Origin: Bugula neritina
Lineage: Eukaryota; Animalia; Bryozoa
DNA: 64,000 nt
Assembly (NCBI GenBank): GCA_964035545.1
Contig: CAXIUT010000230.1
Coordinates: forward strand, 744,001-808,000
Reading direction: 5' to 3'
Shown here: in pieces, positions 1 to 15,100 of the stretch
Layout of the letters: each line of letters opens with the position of its first letter
How positions within the stretch are numbered: the first letter of the stretch is position 1
The notes under the pieces: model-generated
The model's input: only the letters and a program-made list of their open reading frames with translations
Databases searched by the model: none
What the model was told of the DNA's origin: nothing
Position numbers and translations under genes: made by a program

Positions 1-147
1 ATTGAAATATACTGCAATATACTTAAAAACACTCTAAGATACTGAAATATGCTGTAGCATACTGAAATACACTGCAACACACTGAAGTATACTGTAATAC
101 ACTGAAATCTAATGCAACATACTGAATTATACTGCAACATACTGCAA
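1..147. repeat. 10-bp satellite, left flank of the retrotransposon insertion (continues beyond window start)
   Basis: Tandem ACTGCAACAT/ACTGAAATAY variants; 1-147 matches 5535-5681 base for base by eye (offset 5534). Confidence 0.97.
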
Positions 148-956
148 TGTGTATTTTCTATGCCGACGACACTAATTTATTTTTTGAATCAAAAGATTTG
201 AACTCCCATTTGGAAGCTATAAATCAAGATCTAAACTCTCTGTCAATTTGGTGCAATAAAAACAAACTCACTATAAACTATGAAAAATGCAACTATATTG
301 TTTTAAAAAACTACCAAAATCCTTTTCAAATTCTAGAAAACTGTATATTATTAAATAAAAGACCTATAAATTACTCTAACAGCATAACTTTTCTAGGTGT
401 ACAAATAGATAAAAATTTAAATTGGAGCTTGCACATCTCAAACCTACTTACAAAATTACGACCACTTAGTGGATTAATATACCGATGTTCTGAATATCTC
501 CCTCAAAAAATTTTACTTTTGATATATAATTCTTTCATCAATTCCAAGTTAAATTATTGTGCAGAGGCCTGGGGAAATGCAGCTAATACCCATCTAAACA
601 AGATTTTTATTTTTCAAAAAAAGGTAATGCGTATCATGAACAAAAAACCGTTTGACCATCCATCAGCGCCTCTATTTACTAAGCATAAAGTTCTCTCAAT
701 ATACCAGATTTACCGTTTTAAAGTGTTAAAGAAAGCTCATTCTTTTTTCTACTCTGACAATTTTTTTCCCACTCACTCTATCAATACACGTCAATCATTC
801 ATAAATCTCCCCCTTCCTCACTCTCAAACAGCAGCAGGTCACAGAAGAAACTGTTATCAGGAGGTGGCACTATGGAATGAACTGCCAATCCCTTTACGGT
901 CAATTAGCAACCCTAATGAATTTGGGAGGAAGTTGAGGCTTTATCTGTTAGAATAG
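147..956 (+). pseudogene. C-terminal fragment (269 codons, uninterrupted) of LINE ORF2 reverse transcriptase
   Basis: YADDT catalytic motif, LSIWCNKNKLTINYEKC, FLGVQID, LNWSLHI, SKLNYCAEAWG, QKKVMRI, HPSAPLF, LWNELP, stop TAG at 954-956. Lacks the endonuclease and upstream RT motifs. The A of the ATG is the last base matching the satellite flank, and there is an in-frame TGA at 123-125. Confidence 0.92.
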
Positions 957-1110
957 TTGTATTTTTTTTTGTATTTTTCTGGATAGAGTCGCTGTCAGCT
1001 CGTGTTGGCCCGCGCATGACTAGCTAGGCTATAGCGCAATGGGCCTCATCATCGCCTCCTTGGCATTTTCTAATGTCCTTGTGTTATTAAATACCTTTGA
1101 TGAAATAAAC
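957..1110 (+). other. LINE 3' UTR with T-rich tract and GC-rich putative stem-loops
   Basis: T-rich 957-980. GGCCC(1007-1011) pairs with GGGCC(1041-1045), GCGC(1012-1015) with GCGC(1034-1037), TAGC(1021-1024) with GCTA(1028-1031), and TCATCA(1046-1051) with TGATGA(1098-1103). Confidence 0.75.
1104..1109 (+). promoter_or_regulatory. AATAAA polyadenylation-signal-like hexamer at the LINE 3' end
   Basis: AATAAA lies just before the tail repeat; function not shown. Confidence 0.55.
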
Positions 1111-1130
1111 CAAACAAACAAACAAACAAA
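1111..1130 (+). repeat. (CAAA)5 microsatellite tail of the LINE
   Basis: caaacaaacaaacaaacaaa directly abuts resumed satellite; short-repeat tails are typical of CR1/L2-group LINEs. Confidence 0.93.
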
Positions 1131-4100
1131 CATGCTGAAATACACCACACATACTGCAACATACTGAAATACACAGGAACATATTGAAATACACTGCGAC
1201 ACATTGAAATATACTGCAACACACTGAAATATACTGGAAGATACTGCAACATACTGAAATACACTATAACACACTGAAATACACTGCAACATACTGAAGT
1301 ACACTGAAATCCACTGTAACATATTGAAATACATTGCAAAACATCGAAATAGACTGCAACATACTGAAATATGCTGTAGCATACTGAAAGACACTAAAAC
1401 TCACTGAAGTATAGTGTGATAAACGGAAATGTACTGCAACATGCCGAAATATACTGCAACATACTGAAATACACCGGAAGACTTTGATATGCACTGCAAC
1501 ACATTGAAATATACTGCAACATACTAAAATATACTGCAACATACTGCAACATCCTAAAATACACTGTAACATATTGAACTACACTGCAACATACTGAAAC
1601 ATACTGCAATATACTGAAATATACTGCAACTTACTGAAATACACTATAACGTATTGAAATATACTGCAATATACTTAATTACACTCTAAGATACTAAAAT
1701 ATGCTATAGCATGCTGAAATACACTGCAACACACTGAAGTATACTTTAGTACACTGAAATCTAATGCAACAAACTGATTTATACTGCAACATACTGCAAC
1801 ATACTGAAATACACATGAACATATTGAAATACACTGCATAATACTGCAAGAAACTGCAACATACTGAAATACACTGTAACATATTGAAATACACTGCATA
1901 ATACTGCAACATACTGAAATACACTGGAACATATTGATATACACTGTAACACATTGAAATATGCTGCAACAAACTGAAACATACGGCAAAATACCGAAAT
2001 ATACTGCGACACCTTGAAAAATACTGCAACACACTGAAATATACTGCAAGTGGTGCAACATACTGAAATACACTGTGACACACTGAAATACACTGAAACG
2101 TAACGCAACATACTGCAATATACTGAAAACACTGTAACATATTGAAATACACTGCAACATACTGAAAAACACTATAACATACTGAAATACACTGTAACAG
2201 ACTGAAATACACTCTAACATACCGAAATACATTGTAACATACTGAAACATACTGCAACATACTGCAACATACTGAATTAACCTTGAACATAGTGAAATAC
2301 ACTGCAACACATTGAAATATACTGCAACATATCGAAATGAATGGTAAACTAGTGTAATATACTGTAACAAAATGAAACATACCGGAACATACTGCAACAT
2401 AATAAAGTATATTGTAACACACTGAAATATGCGGCAACATACCGAAAAATACTGCAAGTGGTGCAACATACTGGAATACACATGAACATATTGAAATACA
2501 CTGCGACACATTGAAATATACTGCAACATACTGAAATATACTGCAAGATACTGCAAGATACTGAAATAGACTTTGACATACTGAAATACACTGCAACATA
2601 CTGCAAGAAACTGCAACATACTGAAATACACTGTAACATATTGAAATACACTGCATAATACTGCAACATACTGAAATACACTGGAACATATTGAACTACA
2701 CTGCAACACTCTGAAATATACTGCAACACACTGAAACATAAGGCAACATACCGAAATAAACTGCGACACGTTGAAAATTACTGCAACATACTGAAATATA
2801 CTGCGACGCATTAAAATATACTGCAACATACTGAAATATACTGCAACATACTGAAATGTAGTGTAATATACAGAAATACACTGTAAAATACTGAAATATA
2901 CTGCAACATACTGCATTATGCTGAATTACACTTGAACATTATGAAATACACTGCAACACATTGAAATATACTGCGACCTACCGAAATGAATAGTAAACTA
3001 GTGAAATATACTGTAAAAATGATGAAACATACCGGAACATACTGCAACTTAATAAAATATACTGTAAAACACTGAAATATACTGCAAGATACTGAAATAT
3101 ACTGTAACATACTGAAACCTATGCAACAGACTGAAATACGCTGCAACATACTTAAATATACTGCAAGATACTGCAACATACTGAAATACAATATAACACA
3201 CTGAAATACACTGCAACATACTGAAGTACACTGAAATACACTGTAACATAATGAAATACATTGCAAAACATCGAAATATACTGCAACATACTGAAATATG
3301 CTGTAGCATACTGAAAGACACTACAACTCACTGAAGTATAGTGTAATATACGGAAATGTACTGAGACATGCCAAAATATACAGCAACATACCGAAGTATA
3401 CTGCGACACGTTGAAAAATACTGCAACATACAGAAATATACTGCAAGTGGTGCAACATACACAAATACACTGTGACACACTGAAATACGCTGAAACATAA
3501 TGCAACATACTGCAACATCCTGAAATACACTATAACATATCGAAATACAGTGCAACATAATGCAACATACTGCAACATACTGAAATACATTGTAACATAT
3601 CGAAATACACTGCAACAAACTGCAACAGACCGAAATACACTGGAACATAATGGAATACACTGCAACACATTGAAATATACTGTAACACACTGAAACATGA
3701 GGTAACACAATGAAATATACTGCGACACATTAAAATATACTGCAACATACTGAAATATACTGCAACATACTGAAATGTAATGTAATATACAGAAATGCAC
3801 TGTAACATACTGAAATATACTGTAAAACACTGAAATATACTCTAACATACCGAAATACACTGCAACATACTGAAATATACTGCAAAACGTTGAAAAATAC
3901 TGCAACATACTGAAATATACTGCAACATACTGCAACATACTGAAATACACTGAAACATATTGAACTACACTGCAACACTCTGAAACATACTGCAACATAC
4001 CGAAATAAACTGCGACACGTTGAAAAATCCTGCAACATACTGAAATATACTGCAAGTGGTGCAACATACTGAAATACACTGTGACACACTGAAATACATT

Positions 4101-5534
4101 GCAACATACTGCAACATACTGAAATAGACTGCAAGTGGTGCAACATACTGAAATACACTGTGACACACTGAAATACACTGCAACATACTGCAACATACTG
4201 AAATATTGTGTGACACATTAAAATATACTGCAACATATTGAAATATACTGTAACATACTGCAACATACTAAAATACACTGCAACACAATAAAATATACTG
4301 CAACATACTGAAACATACTGCAACATACTGAAATACACTGTGACACATTGAAATACACTGCAACATACTGCAACATACTGAAATACATTGCAACACAATA
4401 AAATATACTGCAACATACTGATACATACTGCAACATACTGAAATATACTGCAACACACTGAAACATACGGCAACATACCGAAATAAACTGCGACACGTTG
4501 AAAATTACTGCAACATACTGAAATATACTGTGACGCCTTAAAATATACTGCAACATAGTGAAATAGACTGCAAGTGGTGTAACATACTGAAATACACTGT
4601 GACACACTGAAATACACTGCAACATACTGCAACATACTGCAACATACTGAAATATTGTGCGACAAAATAAAATATACTGCAACATATTGAAATATACTGT
4701 AACATACTGCAACATACTACAATACACTGCAACACATTAAAATATACTGCAACATACTGAAACATACTGCAGCATACTGAAATACACTGTGACACTCTGA
4801 AATACACTGCAACATACTGCAACATACTGCAACATACTGAATTACACTGGAACATATTGATATACACTGCAACACATTGAAATATACTGCAACACACTGA
4901 ACCACATGGCAACATACCGAAATTTACTGCGACACACTGAAAAAAACTGCAACATACTGCAACATACTGTAACACACTGAAATATACTCTAACATACCGA
5001 AATACACTGTAACATACTGAAATATACTGCAACATACTGCAACATACTGAATTACACTTGAACTTAATGAAATACACTGCAATACATTGAAATATACTGC
5101 AACATATCAAAGTGAATGGTAAACTAGTAAAATTTACTGTAACAAAATGAAACATGCCGGAACATACTGCAACCTAACAAAATATAGTGCAACACATTGA
5201 AATATACGGCAACATACCGAAATATACTGCGACACGTTGAAAAATACTGCAACATACTGAAATATACTGCAAGTGGTGCAACAAACTGAAATACACTGTG
5301 ACACACTGAGATACACTGCAACATACTGCAACATACTGCAACATGCTGAAATATACTGCGACACATTAAAATATACTGCAACATACTGAAGTATACTGGA
5401 ACATACTGCAACATACTAAAATACACTGCAACATACTGAAATACATTGCAACACATTAAAATATACTGCAACATACTGAAACATACTGCAATATACTGAA
5501 ATATACTGCAACTTACTGAAATACACTATAACAT

Positions 5535-6600
5535 ATTGAAATATACTGCAATATACTTAAAAACACTCTAAGATACTGAAATATGCTGTAGCATACTGAA
5601 ATACACTGCAACACACTGAAGTATACTGTAATACACTGAAATCTAATGCAACATACTGAATTATACTGCAACATACTGCAACATGCTGAAATACACCACA
5701 CATACTGCAACATACTGAAATACACAGGAACATATTGAAATACACTGCGACACATTGAAATATACTGCAACACACTGAAATATACTGGAAGATACTGCAA
5801 CATACTGAAATACACTATAACACACTGAAATACACTGCAACATACTGAAGTACACTGAAATCCACTGTAACATATTGAAATACATTGCAAAACATCGAAA
5901 TAGACTGCAACATACTGAAATATGCTGTAGCATACTGAAAGACACTAAAACTCACTGAAGTATAGTGTGATAAACGGAAATGTACTGCAACATGCCGAAA
6001 TATACTGCAACATACTGAAATACACCGGAAGACTTTGATATGCACTGCAACACATTGAAATATACTGCAACATACTAAAATATACTGCAACATACTGCAA
6101 CATCCTAAAATACACTGTAACATATTGAACTACACTGCAACATACTGAAACATACTGCAATATACTGAAATATACTGCAACTTACTGAAATACACTATAA
6201 CGTATTGAAATATACTGCAATATACTTAATTACACTCTAAGATACTAAAATATGCTATAGCATGCTGAAATACACTGCAACACACTGAAGTATACTGTAG
6301 TACACTGAAATCTAATGCAACAAACTGATTTATACTGCAACATACTGCAACATACTGAAATACACATGAACATATTGAAATACACTGCGTAATACTGCAA
6401 GAAACTGCAACATACTGAAATACACTGTAACATATTGAAATACACTGCATAATACTGCAACATACTGAAACACACTGGAACATATTGATATACACTGTAA
6501 CACATTGAAATATACTGCAACAAACTGAAACATACGGCAAAATACCGAAATATACTGCGACACCTTGAAAAATACTGCAACATACTGAAATATACTGCAA
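5535..6600. repeat. Paralogous empty-site copy of 1-147 + 1131-2049
   Basis: ORF pairs 1264/5815, 1394/5945 and 1675/6226 are all offset by 4551. Shares the rare variants GAAATACACCACACAT, ACACAGGAAC and GGAAGACTTTGA; about 5 substitutions seen. Confidence 0.9.
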
Positions 6601-9149
6601 CACACTGAAACATACGGCAACATACCGAAATAAACTGCGACACGTTGAAAATTACTGCAACATACTGAAATATACTGTGACGCCTTAAAATATACTGCAA
6701 CATAGTGAAATAGACTGCAAGTGGTGCAACATACTGAAACACACTGTGACACACTGAAATACACTGCAACATACTGCAACATACTGCAACATACTGAAAT
6801 ATTGTGCGACAAAATAAAATATACTGCAACATATTGAAATAAACTGTAACATACTGCAACATACTAAAATACACTGCAACACATTAAAATATACTGCAAC
6901 ATACTGAAACATACTGCAACATACTGAAATACACTGTGACACTCTGAAATACACTGCAACATGCTGCAACATACTGCAACATACTGAATTACACTGGAAC
7001 ATATTGATATACACTGCAACACATTGAAATATACTGCAACACACTGAACCATATGGCAACATACCGAAATTTACTGCGACACACTGAAAAATACTGCAAC
7101 ATACTGCAACATACTGTAACACACTGAAATACACTCTAACATACCGAAATACACTGTAACATACTGAAATATACTGCAACATACTGCAACATACTGAATT
7201 ACACTTGAACTTAATGAAATACACTGCAACACATTGAAATATACTGCAACATATCAAAATGAATGGTAAACTAGTAAAATTTACTGTAACAAAATGAAAC
7301 ATGCCGGAACATACTGCAACCTAACAAAATATAGTGCAACACATTGAAATATACGGCAACATACCGAAATATACTGCAAGTGGTGCAACATACTGGAATA
7401 CACATGAACATATTGAAATACACTGCGACACATTGAAATATACTGCAACATACTGAAATATACTGCAAGAAACTGCAACATACTGAAATACACTGTAACA
7501 TATTGAAATACACTGCATAATACTGCAACATACTGAAATACACTGGAACATATTGAACTACACTGCAACACTCTGAAATATACTGCAACACACTGAAACA
7601 TAAGGCAACATACCGAAATAAACTGCGACACGTTGAAAATTACTGCAACATACTGAAATATACTGCGACGCATTAAAATATACTGCAACATACTGAAATA
7701 TACTGCAACATACTGAAATGTAGTGTAATATACAGAAATACACTGTAAAATACTGAAATATACTGCAACATACTGCATTATGCTGAATTACACTTGAACA
7801 TTATGAAATACACTGCAACACATTGAAATATACTGCGACCTACCGAAATGAATAGTAAACTAGTGAAATATACTGTAACATGATGAAACATACCGGAACA
7901 TACTGCAACTTAATAAAATATACTGTAAAACAATGAAATATACTGCAAGATACTGAAATATACTGTAACATACTGAAACCTATGCAACATACTGAAATAC
8001 GCTGCAACATACTTAAATATACTGCAAGATACTGCAAAATACTGAAATACAATATAACACACTGAAATACACTGCAACATACTGAAGTACACTGAAATAC
8101 ACTGTAACATATTGAAACACATTGCAAAACATCGAAATATACTGCAACATACTGAAATATGCTGTAGCATACTGAAAGACAGTACAACTCACTGAAGTAT
8201 AGTGTAATATACGGAAATGTACTGATACATGCCAAAATATACAGCAACATACCGAAATATACTGCGACACGTTGAAAAATACTGCATCATACAGAAATAT
8301 ACTGCAAGTGGTGCAACATACACAAATACACTGTGACACACTGAAATACGCTGAAACATAATGCAACATACTGCAACATCTTGAAATACACTATAACATA
8401 TCGAAATACAGTGCAACATACTGCAACATACTGCAACATACTGAAATACATTGTAACATATCGAAATACACTGCAACAAACTGCAACAGACCGAAATACA
8501 CTGGAACATAATGGAATACACTGCAACACATTGAAATATACTGCAACACACTGAAACATGAGGTAACACAATGAAATATACTGCGACACATTAAAATATA
8601 CTGCAACATACTGAAATATACTGCAACATACTGAAATGTAATGTAATATACAGAAATGCACTGTAACATACTGAAATATACTGTAAAACACTGAAATATA
8701 CTCTAACATACCGAAATACACTGCAACATACTGAAATATACTGCAACATACTGCAACATACTGAATTACACTTGAACATAATGAAATACACTGCAACACT
8801 CTGAAACATACTGCAACACACTGAAACATACGGCAACATACCGAAATAAACTGCGACACGTTTAAAATTACTGCAACATACTGAAATATACTGCAAAACG
8901 TTGAAAAATACTGCAACATACTGAAATATACTGCAACATACTGCAACATACTGAAATACACTGGAACATATTGAACTACACTGCAACACTCTGAAACATA
9001 CTGCAACATACCGAAATAAACTGCGACACGTTGAAAATTACTGCAACATACTGAAATATACTGCAAGTGGTGCAACATACTGAAATACACTGTGACACAC
9101 TGAAATACATTGCAACATACTGCAACATACTGAAATAGACTGCAAGTGG

Positions 9150-12100
9150 TGCAACATACTGAAATACACTGTGACACATTGAAATACACTGCAACATACT
9201 GCAACATACTGCAACATACTGAATTATTGTGCGACACATTGAAATATACTGCAACATGTTGAAATATACCGCAACATACTGCAACATACTAAAATAGACT
9301 GCAACATACTGAAATACATTGCAACACATTAAAATATACTGCGACATACTGAAACATACTGCAACATGCTGAAATATACTGCAACATAGTGAAATACACT
9401 ATAACATATTGAAATATACTGCAACATACTGAATTACACTCTAACATACTGAAATATGCTGTAGCATACTGAAATAAACTGCAACACACTGAAGTATACT
9501 GTAATACACTGAAATGTGATGCAACATACTGAATTATACTGCAACATAGTGCAACATACTCAAATACACTACAACAAACTGCAACATACTGAAATACACT
9601 GGAACATATTGAAATACACTGCGACACATTGAAACATACTGCAACATACTGAAAGACACTGTGACACATTGAAATACACTGCAACATACTGCAACATACT
9701 GCAACATACTGAAATACATTGCAACACATTAAAATATACTGCAACATACTGAAACATACTGCAACATACTGAAATACTATGCAACACACTGAAGTATACT
9801 GTAATACACTGAAATGTAATGCAACATACTGAATTATACTGCAAAATAGTGCAACATACTGAAATACACTGTGACACACTGAAATACACTGAAACATAAT
9901 GCAACATACTGCAACATACTGAAATACACTGTAACATATCGGAATACACTGCAACATACTGCAACATACTGCAACATACTGAAATCCACCGTAACATATC
10001 GAAATACACTGCAACATACTGCAACATACTGAAATGCACCGGAACATAATGGAATACCCTGCAACACATTGAAATATACTGCAACAGACTGAAACATAAG
10101 GTACTGCAATGAAGTATACTGCGACACATTAAAATATACTGCAACATACTGAAATATACTGCAACATACTGAAATGTAATGTAATATACAGAAATGAACT
10201 GTAACATACTGAAATATACTGTAACAGACTGAAATATACTCTAACATACCCAAATACACTGTAACATACTGAAATATACTGCAACATACTGCAACATACT
10301 GAATTACACTTGAACATAATGAAATACACTGCAACACATTGAAATATACTGCAACATATCGAAATGAATGGTAAACTAGTGTAATATACTGTAACATAAT
10401 GAAACATACCGGAACATACTGCAACGTATTAAAGCATAGTGTAACACACTGAAATATACGGCAACATACCGAAATATACTGCAACACGTTGAAAAATACT
10501 GCAACATACTGAAATATACTGCAAGTGGTGCAACATACTGAAATACACTGTGACACACTGAGATACACTGCAACATACTGCAACATACTGCAACATGCTG
10601 AAATATACTGCGACATATTGAACTAAACTGCTACACTCTGAAATATACTGCAACACACTGAAACATACGGCAACATACTGAAATAAACTGCGACAGGTTG
10701 AAAATTACTGCAACATACTGAAATATACTGCGACGCCTTAAAATATTCTGCAACATACTGAAATAGACTGCGACACCTTGAAAAATACTGCAACATACGA
10801 AATATACTGCAAGTGGTGCAACATACTGAAATACAATGTGACACACTGAAATACACTGCAACATACTGCAACATACTGCAACATACTGCAACATACTGAA
10901 ATATTGTGCGACACATTGAAATATACTGCAACATATTGAAATATACTGTAACATACTGCAACATACTGAAATACACTGCAACATACTGCAACAAACTGCA
11001 ACATACTGAAATACACTGTAACATATTGAAATACACTGCATAATACTGCAACATACTGAAATACACTGGAACATATTGATATACACTCCAACACGTTCAA
11101 ATACACTGCAACACACTGGAACATACGGCAAAAAACCGAAGTATACTGCGACACCTTGAAAAATACTGCAACATACTGAATATACTGCAAGTGGTGCAAC
11201 AAACTGAAATACACTGTGACACACTGAAATACCTTGCAACATACTGCAACATACTGCAACATACTGAAATATACTGCGACACATTAACATATACTGCAAC
11301 ATACTGAAATATACTGGAAAATACTGCAACATACTAAAATACACTTGAACATAATGAAATACACTGCAACACATTGAAATATACTGCAACATATCGAAAT
11401 GAATGGTGAACTAGTGTAATATACTGTAAAATAATGAAACATACCAGAATAACTGCAACACAACGAAATATAGTGCAACACATTGAAATATACGGCAATA
11501 TACCGAAATAAACTGCGACACGTTGAAAATTACTGCAACATTCTGAAATAAACTGCAAGTGGTGCAACATACTGAAATACAATGTGACACACTGGAATAC
11601 ACTGCAACATACGGCAACATACTGCAACATACTGAAATACACTGTAACATATTGAAATACACTGCATCATACTGCAACATACTGAAAAACACTGGAACAT
11701 ATTGATATACACTGTGACACACTGAAATACACTGAAACATAATGCAACATACTGCAACATACTGAAATACACTGTAACATATCGAAATACACTGCAACAT
11801 ACTGCAACATACTAAAATACACTGCAACATACTGAAATACATTGCAACACATTAAAAAATACTGCGACATACTGAAATATACTGCAACATACTGAAATAC
11901 ACTATAACATATTGAAATATACTGCAACATACTGAATTACACTCCAACATACTGAAATATGCTGTAGCATACTGAAATACACTGCAACACACTGAAGTAT
12001 ACTGCAATACACTGAAATGTAATGCAACATACTGAATTATACTGCAACATAGTACAACATACTGAAATACACCACAATGTACTGCAACATACTGAAATAC

Positions 12101-15100
12101 ACTGGAACATATTGAAATACACTGCGACACATTGAAACATACTGCAACATACTGAAATATACTGCAAGATACTGCAACATACTGAAACAGACTGTGACAT
12201 ACTGAAATACACTGCAACATACTGCAAGATACCGCAACCTACTGAAATACACTGTAACATATTGAAATACACTGCATCATACTGCAACATACTGAATTGC
12301 ACTGGAACATATTGATATACACTGCAACACATTGAAATATAATGCAACACACTGAAACATACGGCAATATACCGAAATATACTGCGACACCTTGAAAAAT
12401 ACTGCAACATACGAAATATACTGCAAGTGGTGCAACATACTGAAATACAATGTGACACACTGGAATACACTGCAACATACTGCAACATACTGAAAAACAC
12501 TGGTACATATTGATATACACTGCAACTCATTGAAATATACTGCAACACACTGCAACATACGGCAGCATACCGAAATATACTGCGACACCTTGAAAAATAC
12601 TGCAACATACTGAAATATACTGCAAGTGGTGCAACATACTGAAATACACTGTGACATACTGAAATACACTGCAACATACTGCAAGATATTGCAACGTACG
12701 GAAATACAGTGTAACTTATTGAATTACACTGCATCATACTGCAACATACTGAGATACACTGGAACATATTGATTTACACTGCAACACATTGAAATATACT
12801 GCAACACACTGAACCATATGGCAACATACCGAAATTTACTGCGACACACTAAAAAATACTGCAACATACGAATTATACTTCAAGTGGTGCAACATACTGA
12901 AATACATTGTGACACACTGAAATACACTGCAACATACTGCAACATACTGCAACATACTGAATTATTGTGCGACACATTGAAATATACTGCAACATATTGA
13001 AATATACCGCAACATAATGCAACATACTAAAATAGACTGCAACATACTGAAATACATTGCAACACATTAAAATATACTGCGACATACTGAAACATACTGC
13101 AACATGCTGAAATATACTGCAACATAGTGAAATACACTATAACATATTGAAATATACTGCAACATACTGAATTACACTCTAACATACTGAAATATGCTGT
13201 AGCATACTGAAATAAACTGCAACACACAGAAGTATACTGTAATACACTGAAATGTGATGCAACATACTGAATTATACTGCAACATAGTGCAACATACTCA
13301 AATACACTACAACAAACTGCAACATACTGAAATACACTGGAACATATTGAAATACACTGCGACACATTGAAACATACTGCAACATACTGAAATACACTGT
13401 GACACATTGAAATACACTGCAACATACTGCAACATACTGCAACATACTGAAATGCATTGCAACACATTAAAATATACTGCAACATACTGAAACATACTGC
13501 AACATACTGAAATACACTGCAACACACTGAAGTATACTGTAATACACTGAAATGTAATGCAACATACTGAATTATACTGCAAAATAGTGCAACATACTGA
13601 AATACACTGTGACACACTGAAATACACTGAAACATAATGCAACATACTGCAACATACTGAAATACACCGTAACATATCGGAATACACTGCAACATACTGC
13701 AACATACTGCAACATACTGAAATACACCGTAACATATCGAAATACACTGCAACATACTGCAACATACTGAAATGCACCGGAACATAATGGAATACTCTGC
13801 AACACATTGAAATATACTGCAACAGACTGAAACATAAGGTAACGCAATGAAGTATACTGCGACACATTAAAATATACTGCAACATACTGAAATATACTGC
13901 AACATACTGAAATGTAATGTAATATACAGAAATGTACTGTAACATACTGAAATATACTGTAACAGACTGAAATATACTCTAACATACCGAAATACACTGT
14001 AACATACTGAAATATACTGCAACATACTGCAACATACTGAATTACTCTTGAACATGATGAAATACACTGCAACACATTGAAATATACTGCAACATATCGA
14101 AATGAATGGTAAACTAGTGTTATATACTGTAACATAATGAAACATACCGGAACATACTGCAACGTATTAAAGCATAGTGTAACACACTGAAATATACGGC
14201 AACATACCGAAATATACTGCAACACGTTGAAAAATACTGCAACATACTGAAATATACTGCAAGTGGTGCAAGATACTGAAATACACTGTGACACACTGAG
14301 ATACACTGCAACATACTGCAACATACTGCAACATGCTGAAATATACTGCGACATATTGAACTACACTGCTACACTCTGAAATATACTGCAACACACTGAA
14401 ACATACGGCAACATACTGAAATAAACTGCGACAGGTTGAAAATTACTGCAACATACCGAAATATACTGCGACGCCTTAAAATATTCTGCAACATACTGAA
14501 ATAGACTGCGACACCTTGAAAAATACTGCAACATACGAAATATACTGCAAGTGGTGCAACATACTGAAATACAATGTGACACACTGAAATACACTGCAAC
14601 ATACTGCAACATACTGCAACATACTGAAATATTGTGCGACACATTGAAATATACTGCAACATATTGAAATATACTGTAACATACTGCAACATACTGAAAT
14701 ACACTGCAACATACTGCAAGAAACTGCAACATACTGAAATACACTGTAACATATTGAAATACACTGCATCATACTGCAATATACTGACATACACTGGAAC
14801 ATAATGATATACACTGCAACGCATTGAAATATACTGCAACACACAGAACCGTTCGGCAACATACCGAAATATACTGCGACACAGTGAAAAATACGGCAAC
14901 ATACTGAAATATACTGCAAATGATGCACATACTTAAATACAATGTGACACACTGAAATACACTGCAACATACTGCAACAAACTGCAACATACTGAAATAC
15001 ACTTTAACATATTGAAATACACTGCATAATACTGCAACATACTGAAATACACTGGAACATATTGATATACACTCCAACACGTTCAAATACACTGCAACAC

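Larger units (their letters stand above)
148..1130 (+). mobile_element. 5'-truncated non-LTR retrotransposon (LINE), CR1 group, most like Crack/Daphne/L2 clades; 983 bp
   Basis: Encodes RT C-terminal motifs, followed by 3' UTR, AATAAA and (CAAA)5 tail. Offset to the paralogous empty site is 5534 on the left and 4551 on the right; the difference of 983 equals 148-1130. Clade call is from motif recognition only. Confidence 0.93.

Noticed and set aside
147-956. RT next to repeats as a retron, DGR, defence RT or telomerase-like system that templates the array
   Set aside because: The motifs, 3' UTR and tail are those of a LINE. The RT is truncated, I saw no template for the decamer inside the element, and the empty paralogous site shows it inserted into pre-existing satellite.
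12818-13000. Recurrent + strand 60-aa ORF MATYRNLLRH... (15 copies in the track)
   Set aside because: It is pure satellite sequence that stays open because two 9-bp monomers shift the frame away from TGA. Its recurrence simply follows the HOR. Used only as a positional marker.
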